A DNA stretch of 64,000 nucleotides from an uncultured bacterium (lineage in GTDB: Bacteria; Babelota; Babeliae; Babelales; Babelaceae): contig CAWKFG010000004.1 of assembly GCA_963848965.1 (NCBI GenBank), forward strand, positions 64,001 to 128,000, written 5' to 3'. A program made the translations under genes and the position numbers. The notes below the pieces were generated by a model that worked only from the letters and a program-made list of their open reading frames with translations, made no database searches and was not told the origin of the DNA. This document shows, piece by piece, positions 29,439-38,150 of the stretch (positions are counted from its first letter, which is position 1; every line of letters starts with the position of its first letter).

Positions 29439-31241
29439 ATGCCTCTTATTGCCGGTGCTCTTTTAAAGCATCCTTCTACGCACCTTACTGATAAACTTAT
29501 ACATTACACAAAAAAAATACTTACAGAAGAATCGTATACTATTAATCAGCAGCCCTATGCACTCATTATAGGTGGAAAAAGAGCAGAAGAATCATCTTTA
29601 GAACAGGTTCAAGTACTTCCTCATAATGAGGGAATTATGGTTGGCAGACTCTTTGATAAAGTTACTTACAAGCCCTGCTATGCGCAAGGAGCAAGCTCTA
29701 TCGTGCATACAAAAGGAAAGTCTTTGAGCGACCGCTATTGGGGACGGTATATTCTTGCTCTTTTAGATACCTCTCATAGATCTATTACTCTTTTTAGAGA
29801 TCCACAAGGCCTTTCATCGCTCTTTATTATTGAGATACCCGAAGGAATTTTTTTTGCGTCTGAGATTTCAGTTCTGTATGATATCCTTGAGATAAAGCCA
29901 GAACTTGATTGGACCTATTTAACTTCATATGTTTCTGGTGCCCACAATATTACTTATAGAACACCTTTTCATGGCATTACAGAGCTCTTTCCAGGATATG
30001 GAGTAACCCTTTCACCTAAGGGAATCGAAACTCCATTTCTTTTTTGGGATCCTACTGAGCTTTCGTCTCAATGTAAAACTGAACAAGAATATGAAGATAA
30101 GCTCATTGCAACATTTTCTTCTTGTACACAAGCTTGGACACAAGGAGTTTCAGGTATAGGAGTTGAATTTTCCGGAGGTATTGATTCTTCATCAGTGCTT
30201 ATGATGCTCAAAAAAGTGGCATTACCAGAGCAGCGTATTGTTGGATTTAATTTTTTCCATCCTGCCGTTGCTTCATCTGATGAGCGGGAACATGCAAAGA
30301 AAGTTGCTACTGCTTGCCAAGTAGATGTTGATTATATAAATTTACAAGATTATGCATATTTAAACTTTCAAACGGTTGAAAGATTTGATAAGCCCTCCTC
30401 TTTCTTGCTCGATCTGGGATGGAATAAAGAAATGGCGCGGAGAATACAAAGCTATGGAGATCTTGAAATCATGTGTGGCCAAGGAGGCGACCATCTTTTT
30501 ATGGCACCACCTCCAGTAGAATCAATTGCCGATTATCTAATTTTACAAGGCTTTAGGGGCATCACTCCTAAAATTAAAGATATAAGCGCTTACTATCGTA
30601 TGCCATTGCTTAGTGTTTTATCAAAAAATCTTTCTTCATTTGTTCACTATAAGCGAGGAAACCTTAAGCATATAGAATTGCTCTATGAACCAACCAATTG
30701 GATGAATCAGTCATTTAAAGAAAAACTTAATAAAGACATATTCCAAGTTCCTTTTTGGCATAAGCTTAAGAATCTTCCTCCTGCTAAAGTGCAGCATATC
30801 TTTGCTCTGTATCAAGCAACTCTCTATATAGATAGAGGGCACAGAATAGCACATAAGCCAGTTATTAACCCACTTCTCTCTCAACCTCTTGTTGAGCTCG
30901 CTCTTGCAGTACCTACCTATCAACTATATGGAAATGGTTATGATAGAGTACAGTTTAGAAAAGCAATGTACCAATTTACAAAACACGATTACATATGGCG
31001 TAAAACTAAAGGCGAAACGAGCGGCATACTTATGATTGCCTTTAACCGTCAAATTAAAGAAATCACTGAATATCTCTTAGAAGGTAAGTTTGCTCAAGAA
31101 AAATTGGTAGATAAAAATCTTCTTTACAATCATATCCAAGATATAAGGCATGGAAAAAACGATAACATATGGGCTATTATTAACCTTCTTGCTGCAGAGC
31201 TTTGGCTTCATTCATGGGATACTACAACGCGTAAAGAGTAA
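29439..31241 (+). CDS. Lasso cyclase (asparagine-synthetase-like macrolactam synthetase)
   Basis: FRDPQG, SGGIDSS ATP loop, GQGGDHLF, PLLSQPLVELALAVP, WRKTKG; no N-terminal Cys; directly follows B. Confidence 0.93.
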   Translation: MPLIAGALLKHPSTHLTDKLIHYTKKILTEESYTINQQPYALIIGGKRAEESSLEQVQVLPHNEGIMVGRLFDKVTYKPCYAQGASSIVHTKGKSLSDRYWGRYILALLDTSHRSITLFRDPQGLSSLFIIEIPEGIFFASEISVLYDILEIKPELDWTYLTSYVSGAHNITYRTPFHGITELFPGYGVTLSPKGIETPFLFWDPTELSSQCKTEQEYEDKLIATFSSCTQAWTQGVSGIGVEFSGGIDSSSVLMMLKKVALPEQRIVGFNFFHPAVASSDEREHAKKVATACQVDVDYINLQDYAYLNFQTVERFDKPSSFLLDLGWNKEMARRIQSYGDLEIMCGQGGDHLFMAPPPVESIADYLILQGFRGITPKIKDISAYYRMPLLSVLSKNLSSFVHYKRGNLKHIELLYEPTNWMNQSFKEKLNKDIFQVPFWHKLKNLPPAKVQHIFALYQATLYIDRGHRIAHKPVINPLLSQPLVELALAVPTYQLYGNGYDRVQFRKAMYQFTKHDYIWRKTKGETSGILMIAFNRQIKEITEYLLEGKFAQEKLVDKNLLYNHIQDIRHGKNDNIWAIINLLAAELWLHSWDTTTRKE

Positions 31242-31334
31242 TATACCCTAAGAAAGATCTTATAACATAAGAGAGAGTTATTTTAGAAGACTACTAGCCG
31301 AGTACCGAGTCTCAATAAATACTTACTTAAATAG

Positions 31335-34300
31335 ATGTGGGAGAAAATGAAAATTATATATACACTTATCTTACTTTTAGGTACTGCTTTATTCAAAACA
31401 GTTGCACCAATGGAAGATATTCAAAGAGTACATACTCCTCACACGAAAAGTTTTGTATATCTCATAAGCGCAGAAAACGATACAATTGTTTTACGCTCTC
31501 AGCTCCTCTCTCCAGAAGCTTTACAAAAAAAGGATTCTTCTAATACTATCGACTGTAGATCATACCCTACAGAAGTAATAGAGCTAGCATGCAAAATTCT
31601 TGAATCGAAAGACCAAGACACCTCTCAGCTTATCAATAACTACCTTGTAGCAGGATACTTAAAAAAATTAAAACAAAGTATCTTAAAACAGCCAACAATA
31701 AACCTTCTACAAAAGGTTCATAATCTTTTAGATATCTTACGATCCTTAAAAGCAAGTCAAAAATGTTTGAAAACTACTTTACGATTTTGCTTGAATAACG
31801 AGTATGTTCAAAAGGCTATAACAAACAAACCTTTTGTATACTTAGAAAGTACTGAAGGAAAACTACTGCCTCTTCCTTTTCAATTCCTTCCTCAAGATTT
31901 CATTCAAAGACTTTGGCATTCAAACCTAGATTTTATTGATAATGATATCATTATCGATTGCAGCGCCTACTCGTTGCATAATCTAGAGCTTGCATGCGAG
32001 ATATTAGTTTATCAAACAAGCCCACACTCTCTTAAGAAAGTTGAAGAATATCTCAAGGGAAATACGATTGGAGAGTCACTACAAAAAGCTCGTGATCTTT
32101 TAAAAGTTATAAGGTTTTTTGGAATAAGCAAAGATACTTTTGATGTTCTCTTACAAGCATGCGCGAAGACAACTAACTGTGAACCTAATGAGCTTTTTTA
32201 CTCCCGAGAAGATCTTTATAAAGAGGCTACAGAGGAAAATTTAAAGTCATTATCCTTAAGCTCTTCTCCTCAAGCTACAGAAGAAAACAGCACTTGGATA
32301 CGTAATGAGCTTAATACTCAGCTCAATCTTTCACCACTTGCTCGGCGCAAGATAGCCTTTACTATGGCATTACAGCACGAAAATCAAGATCCTACAACAA
32401 GCCTTTCTTATATTATTGATCAAAAGTCATGGCAAGATCTAGAACTACTGTGCGGACCAAAGTCAAATCCACATTTCTGCTTTGCCAGCGCCGTTGATCG
32501 TACATCAACAGAGATAGGCAAAGCACTCTTGTATACTAGGCTTTTACAACCGCTTACTACTATTCAAGAGCTTAAAAAAAGACAATCTATTGTTCAAGAA
32601 CTACTTAAGCCATCGATATTTCAAGAACTGGATGCCCTTTTTGCACAGTTTTTTAAAGAGCCAAAACATGAAAATAATGTTCTATCTTTTCTCAACGGTG
32701 CTGACTTTTTCAAAAATGAATTAAGCTATAATGAAATACAAATTCCTTTCTTTGCTAAATTCTCTCAGTGGTTTAATACCAATGAGATTACAGGCTTTTG
32801 GAGCGCTTCTGATAAACTTATTTATAAAATTAGTAATACACTCCTACAGGGGAAGACAAAAACATATGAATTTTGCCTCAATGGTTTAGAGTATTTCTCG
32901 ATAATCAAAAATAATAGGCCTCGTATAGATGAAACTATAGAATTCATTAAGTGTTGCTTTAAGTTCTTTATACCCAAGCTCGTTAACGCAACTTCTGAGA
33001 AGTCCTCTAAGCAGGCCTCTGATATGGTTTCTAAATATATAGTAAATGAAAAAATATCCTTAGGGATACCATTTACTAAGTACAAGCTACCTCAAGAGCC
33101 TTCATTCACATCTCCTATTTTTGGTGCTACACTCGGCTGGGCTTATAGCTCTTTTTTAGGAGCGCCGCACATGCTCACGGAAAGCATAATAACAACCTCA
33201 GTAATGCACGTTGTAACACACTTGCTCTATAGTGCGATGAGTGATAATAATTACAGTAGAGCAATTCAAGGATTAGCAGAGGCAAGCATATGCCTCCAGG
33301 AAAAGCTTATACTACTTTCAAAATATGTTAAATTTATCAAAGAGCTTCATACTTTTCTGAAAAATAAGTCACCAAAGCTTTTAGAGCTTATTCCTTCTTT
33401 ACAAGCTTTAGATCTAGGACAAGAAACTCCTCGTCAAAATGTATTCTCTTATTTCTGGCATTTTCCTACAGATATTACCAAGCAGTACATCTTTACAGAC
33501 GCAACGTCTTTCGAGCAGTTCATAAGTAAGCTCTGTAGTGCAACTTTTGATGAGCAAGGTAATATTTTTTCAAGGTATCATATTGGTCGTGTTATCGCAG
33601 TTTATCGCCTTGTAGATCTTCATAAAGAAAGACTTTCTGCCACTGCCACAGCACTTGCAGAACTTGACGCATATCTTTCAGTTGCACGATTGTATAATGA
33701 ATCGCAAGATAAACCAAATAAATATAGCTTTGTTAATTATGATACGTCAGAAACACCTGTTATTGATCTTAAAAACTTTTGGAATCCTTGTGTTGGATAT
33801 GATGCAGTAGCTAATACCTTAACTATGGGTATTGATAATCATCCAAAAGACCTTATAATTACAGGGCCAAATACCGGTGGTAAATCAACACTTATGAGGG
33901 CTCTTGTTTCTGCTATTTTAATGGGCCAATCATTAGGCATAGTTCCTGCACAAGAAGGATCACACATAACATTATTCTCAAATATACGCGCATATCTTAA
34001 TATAACTGATGATTCGTCGCTAGGTCTTTCTTTATTCTGGGCAAGTGCTAGGCGAGCTAAAGAGCTTTTAGAGGCAGCACAAAGACCAACAGGCCATTCA
34101 CTTACACTTTTTGATGAGATATATAATGGAACTGCTCCGAAAATAGGCGAATCTTTAGCCTATGGCACCCTTCTATTTATGACCGATAGCAATCATTGTC
34201 CTCGAAATATATGTATAACTACGACTCACTATCCTTTTGTACAACAATTACGAGAAGAGATAGATACCAAATGTGCTTATTATAGAATAAGCGATAAAGA

Positions 34301-34916
34301 AGATTCTGAAAATCGCTATAAACTTTTACCAGGTATTTATACAGAGTCCAACGGCCTTACTATTGCTCAAGAAGTAGGACTTAACGATGAAATTAGTAGA
34401 AACTCAAAACACTACTGTGAGCAAAAATACAAAAATAGTAATCTTAATTGCTTATTTAAGCCAGAAGCTCTCTTAAATACCTGTAAGGAAGAAGGGTTCA
34501 TATTCCTTATGAAACTTATAAAACAGAGCGAAATGAGAGCTTGGCTTCACGAGTTACTTTTAACAGCACCTTATGGCTATCATTTAGTAGAGCTAGCAAT
34601 AAAGCATGCAGTTAATCTCAAGTCATTCCTCAATCTTACAGATGATAAAGGCAGAACAGTACTTCATCGCGCAGCTATAAGAGATGCTAAAAACGGTGCA
34701 CTTATAAGCTTTCTTATCAAACAGGGAGCAAGCCTATGGATGTACGATGCTAAAGGCAAAAGGCCGCGAGACTACGCTTTACCGGACACTGTTGTCTGGA
34801 AGATATTAGTAGATGCAGAAAATACTCAAGGAACATATTTTGAGCAGCTACCTCAAGCATTAAGAGATAGACTCCAGAACTACATTACATATAATAAGAG
34901 AGCTGACGCTTTGTAA
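31335..34916 (+). CDS. Secreted MutS-domain-V ATPase/ankyrin protein, paralog of 21991..25497 (start possibly 31347)
   Basis: Signal peptide MKIIYTLILLLG; GPNTGGKST, LFDEIYNGT, TTHY; GRTVLHRAA ankyrin. Confidence 0.85.
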   Translation: MWEKMKIIYTLILLLGTALFKTVAPMEDIQRVHTPHTKSFVYLISAENDTIVLRSQLLSPEALQKKDSSNTIDCRSYPTEVIELACKILESKDQDTSQLINNYLVAGYLKKLKQSILKQPTINLLQKVHNLLDILRSLKASQKCLKTTLRFCLNNEYVQKAITNKPFVYLESTEGKLLPLPFQFLPQDFIQRLWHSNLDFIDNDIIIDCSAYSLHNLELACEILVYQTSPHSLKKVEEYLKGNTIGESLQKARDLLKVIRFFGISKDTFDVLLQACAKTTNCEPNELFYSREDLYKEATEENLKSLSLSSSPQATEENSTWIRNELNTQLNLSPLARRKIAFTMALQHENQDPTTSLSYIIDQKSWQDLELLCGPKSNPHFCFASAVDRTSTEIGKALLYTRLLQPLTTIQELKKRQSIVQELLKPSIFQELDALFAQFFKEPKHENNVLSFLNGADFFKNELSYNEIQIPFFAKFSQWFNTNEITGFWSASDKLIYKISNTLLQGKTKTYEFCLNGLEYFSIIKNNRPRIDETIEFIKCCFKFFIPKLVNATSEKSSKQASDMVSKYIVNEKISLGIPFTKYKLPQEPSFTSPIFGATLGWAYSSFLGAPHMLTESIITTSVMHVVTHLLYSAMSDNNYSRAIQGLAEASICLQEKLILLSKYVKFIKELHTFLKNKSPKLLELIPSLQALDLGQETPRQNVFSYFWHFPTDITKQYIFTDATSFEQFISKLCSATFDEQGNIFSRYHIGRVIAVYRLVDLHKERLSATATALAELDAYLSVARLYNESQDKPNKYSFVNYDTSETPVIDLKNFWNPCVGYDAVANTLTMGIDNHPKDLIITGPNTGGKSTLMRALVSAILMGQSLGIVPAQEGSHITLFSNIRAYLNITDDSSLGLSLFWASARRAKELLEAAQRPTGHSLTLFDEIYNGTAPKIGESLAYGTLLFMTDSNHCPRNICITTTHYPFVQQLREEIDTKCAYYRISDKEDSENRYKLLPGIYTESNGLTIAQEVGLNDEISRNSKHYCEQKYKNSNLNCLFKPEALLNTCKEEGFIFLMKLIKQSEMRAWLHELLLTAPYGYHLVELAIKHAVNLKSFLNLTDDKGRTVLHRAAIRDAKNGALISFLIKQGASLWMYDAKGKRPRDYALPDTVVWKILVDAENTQGTYFEQLPQALRDRLQNYITYNKRADAL

Positions 34917-35119
34917 TTGGTAGAAGAAATAATTTTTCTAGATACAACGATATCTTTCTGTTGGGACTTAGGAATCACGAGCTGAAGGAGATTAGCTTAC
35001 TCATATCTAGTCAACCTTCAGCTTGTTAAGTATTAAGCTTCTATTAGCTATCTAGCGCCTTTTACTAAAATAATTAACGTCTTTATTCAAGCCGATTTAA
35101 GCCTATAAATTATGCTCTA

Positions 35120-35281
35120 TCACTTCTTAATTGGCGGTATTTCATCATTTCGTGGTTTAGCACCTGATTCCATACGGAATCCAAGGGGCCAACCCAGAGT
35201 TAATAAAGAAGCATAACCTAACTCTTTTAATTGTGCTTTTTTGCTTACCGTATTTTCATTGTTGTACGTTGAAGGTGACAT
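35120..35281 (-). CDS. Lasso peptide precursor A7 (53 aa)
   Basis: MSPSTYNNENTVSKKAQLKELGYASLLTL|GWPLGFRMESGAKPRNDEIPPIKK; GGAG RBS; Glu9. Confidence 0.9.
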   Translation of the reverse strand: MSPSTYNNENTVSKKAQLKELGYASLLTLGWPLGFRMESGAKPRNDEIPPIKK

Positions 35282-35515
35282 GATATCTCCGTTATTGATT
35301 AAAGTAAAAATTCACTTTTTAATTCTTCCTCATCATTGTAAATCTATCATAAAGGCTTGTCAAAAAGACCCTTTGCCTTTAAAAATCTTGCTACCTAGTA
35401 ATTGCCTTATTTCATTAAAAACAGCAAATTTCTTTCTGGGATTATCCCCTAATTAAATTAGAGACAGCTGTTTATAATAGATCAACGAATAACAAGCTAA
35501 CACTGAGGGTAGCAG

Positions 35516-35543
35516 TTGACTTGGTTACATATTCCGCTAAAAT
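35516..35543 (+). promoter_or_regulatory. sigma70-like promoter upstream of A8
   Basis: TTGACT-16 nt-TAAAAT. Confidence 0.45.
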
Positions 35544-35649
35544 GTTACTATATAAATTATTGTTTTTAAATACCTCTAACTTTGGATAAAAATAAATTTT
35601 ATAAAATTTCAGATGTTAAGAATTTAATCTTTTAACTCATGGAGATACT

Positions 35650-35784
35650 ATGTTCATTACAAAAAACCATAACAACAAAAAAGCGAATGTTAAAGCGATT
35701 GGTAATGCTTCTTTAATTACCCTTGGTACTCGCGGTCACAGTGTTGAAATGGCTAAACCTATAAACTATGGTGTCAAAAGATAG
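35650..35784 (+). CDS. Lasso peptide precursor A8 (44 aa)
   Basis: MFITKNHNNKKANVKAIGNASLITL|GTRGHSVEMAKPINYGVKR; GGAG RBS; Glu8. Confidence 0.9.
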   Translation: MFITKNHNNKKANVKAIGNASLITLGTRGHSVEMAKPINYGVKR

Positions 35785-35815
35785 TAATACGGTTAATGAT
35801 AGCAATAAATTTAAT

Positions 35816-35846
35816 AAGGCATAGGTCACTTAATGACTTATGCCTT
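35816..35846. terminator. Hairpin between A8 and the convergent ankyrin gene
   Basis: AAGGCATAGGTCA-loop-TGACTTATGCCTT. Confidence 0.75.
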
Positions 35847-35877
35847 TACTAATTAAGAAATATGTTAATTTACTACA

Positions 35878-37269
35878 TTATACGGTATCAACAGCTGGAA
35901 TATTTCCTTTCAAAGATAAGAATAGCTCTTGAATAAGCTCTTTAGGCAACAACTGTAAATAATTTTGTGGTCGCGTAGAATCACTGCGTTGTGCAAGAGC
36001 AGCTATTTTCTTTAGAGCATGCTCACATAGCAACTGATATATTTGAGAGCGCTTTTCACTGCACTTTGAACCTTCACGCATAAGAATGATCTTAATAAGC
36101 ACAAGAGCTTCAAATGGATCTGTACCAAAATTAAGCAAGAGTTTAACAATTTCTATTCGGTTCTGAGCTACTGCATACATAAGAGCTCGAGATAAATGTG
36201 CTTGTTCTTCTTGCGTATAAGCAACAGCAGCATCAGAGCACACTAGCCATGTACGCACAGAATAAGGAACAAATAATTTAAGCCACGATAAAGAATACGA
36301 TAAAAATCCTTGGCTACGAGCCTGGGCTCTATCTTGAATTTCAATAAGGCATTTTTGAACATCTGTATAAGAATTTGTAATAATTGCATACTCAAGGGGA
36401 TTCGTAAAGCATGCTTGCAAAAGCTCTTTCATTGTTGTTTCGTTAACTCCATCAAAAACGAAAGGAAAGCTACTTCCCCCATTCTCTTCAGGCCTATTGA
36501 GTAAACCATAGATACAAAGGAGCCGCACTATTGCATTATACCTAGGTTCGCTAGTAAATATTCCATCTTTAATAAGATTGTGTCTAATCACAAATTCATG
36601 GAGATAATTAAGCGTTGCCCCCGCGCGAAGAAGCATTTCAACATATTTGGCATGACCGAGTACTATAGCAACCCATAGTGCATCTCTTGCTGAATTGCCC
36701 TTTATAGAAGCCTTGCAGCTTATAAGAAGCTTTACTAGAGATTCGTGATTATGCAAGATAGCTTGATAGAGAGGCCAACTTTTTTCAGCTTCCATACCGC
36801 CTATATGATATTTATCACAATTATTAATAAACTCAAGCCCATACCTATCTGGATGAGCTCCTTTATCAAGTGCTTCTTGCGCATCTACAAGGTCTCCTTT
36901 AATTGCAGCCCTGAGTAATGTACAATTAAGGTGAAACTGTAGTGGGTTCTCTGCTTTTATATGTAAGTAAGTAGTGAGTGAATCTGCACTATACTCATAC
37001 TCACTTTTATTAAAATGTGCCCCTTTTTCCAATAGATGAATACAGATATCCCAATACCCCTTATGTGCAGCACATTCTAAAGCTCTATTGCAACTCTTAT
37101 CTTTACTATTACCATTTGCACCCTGAGCAAGCAAAGCAGAAACTAGTGAAATATTATCTTTTTGAATAGCCTTTATTAATTGCATATCTAAGGAGGAACC
37201 CTTTTCCATGCTATAGCAGAAACTCTCTCCTAAAATTACAAGACTACTTAGTAAAAATCTAAAATACAC
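35878..37269 (-). CDS. Secreted ankyrin protein with C-terminal F-box-like motif
   Basis: Ankyrin repeats; ends NYLQLLPKELIQELFLSL. Confidence 0.88.
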   Translation of the reverse strand: MYFRFLLSSLVILGESFCYSMEKGSSLDMQLIKAIQKDNISLVSALLAQGANGNSKDKSCNRALECAAHKGYWDICIHLLEKGAHFNKSEYEYSADSLTTYLHIKAENPLQFHLNCTLLRAAIKGDLVDAQEALDKGAHPDRYGLEFINNCDKYHIGGMEAEKSWPLYQAILHNHESLVKLLISCKASIKGNSARDALWVAIVLGHAKYVEMLLRAGATLNYLHEFVIRHNLIKDGIFTSEPRYNAIVRLLCIYGLLNRPEENGGSSFPFVFDGVNETTMKELLQACFTNPLEYAIITNSYTDVQKCLIEIQDRAQARSQGFLSYSLSWLKLFVPYSVRTWLVCSDAAVAYTQEEQAHLSRALMYAVAQNRIEIVKLLLNFGTDPFEALVLIKIILMREGSKCSEKRSQIYQLLCEHALKKIAALAQRSDSTRPQNYLQLLPKELIQELFLSLKGNIPAVDTV

Positions 37270-37274
37270 GGCTG

Positions 37275-37763
37275 CTATCCCTTATTATTTTGAGCTTTAG
37301 AGCTATGTAGTTCTTCTCGTACTTTCATAAGCAAGATACCAAGCATATTCTTTCCTGTACCATCTCCGGCATCACCCCAATAAGCATCATTGGCAGTATG
37401 TTCAACAAGCAATGCATTACCAGTTGATAGAAGTATATCCTGTAAAGCTTTATGCTGCGTAAATTTAGCTCTTAGAGCTTCTAACATGATGTCATTTTTT
37501 ACCTGTTCCCAATCAGCTCTTAACGGCAACGACCGATTACGCCCTTGAGCTGCAACATCAATAGCTCGCACAGTGTTTCTAATTTCCTCTTCATACACAG
37601 TTCCTTCAAATTTCATCGCTTGAAAGTAGTGCTCAACTGTAGGCCATTTCTTTTCCTTAAGATAAATCTGGGCCGGATAAAAATTAGAAAATTCACCAAA
37701 CTTATCTGCTACTTTATAAAAGTTAATTGTGTTCATAGATAATATGTCTATTTTAATATACAT
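37275..37763 (-). CDS. NADAR (YbiA-like) N-glycosidase
   Basis: FSNFY, PTVEHYFQAMKF, LRADWEQVK, AKFTQH, DAYWG, GKNMLGILLMKVR. Confidence 0.95.
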   Translation of the reverse strand: MYIKIDILSMNTINFYKVADKFGEFSNFYPAQIYLKEKKWPTVEHYFQAMKFEGTVYEEEIRNTVRAIDVAAQGRNRSLPLRADWEQVKNDIMLEALRAKFTQHKALQDILLSTGNALLVEHTANDAYWGDAGDGTGKNMLGILLMKVREELHSSKAQNNKG

Positions 37764-37779
37764 TTTCTTCAGTGCTGTG

Positions 37780-38073
37780 CTAACTATCTATTGATTGAAT
37801 ACCACCAGTTTCTGGTACTTGAAAGACAATTACTCTTTCACAGACCTTACAATTATAATAATGGATCACCTTACTTTCTACAATAGGCGCCCATTGAGCC
37901 TTTTTGCAATATTCACAAACTACTACAAGTTTACGCTTGATTCGTGGAAATTTGGAAATCACCTTTTTTACTTTTTTATTTACATCTCCTACTACTTCTT
38001 TGTTATCTTGTTCCATTGCATGGATAGATATCATACAAAGACTAGCTACAAAAACCATTAACGATTGTTTCAT
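37780..38073 (-). CDS. Small secreted zinc-ribbon-like protein
   Basis: Signal peptide; CEYC and CKVC pairs. Confidence 0.65.
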   Translation of the reverse strand: MKQSLMVFVASLCMISIHAMEQDNKEVVGDVNKKVKKVISKFPRIKRKLVVVCEYCKKAQWAPIVESKVIHYYNCKVCERVIVFQVPETGGIQSIDS

Positions 38074-38150
38074 AATTTTCTATTCCTATTAAAAGTAATC
38101 TAATTGTTAACTATGTTGAGTTTACAAGCAAATTATAGAGTATCAACAGC

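Noticed and set aside
29439..31241. Asparagine synthetase AsnB annotation
   Set aside because: No N-terminal catalytic Cys; it is adjacent to a lasso B gene and surrounded by matching precursors
35241..35456. Track ORF, + strand, 71 aa
   Set aside because: Overlaps A7 antisense; no recognisable features
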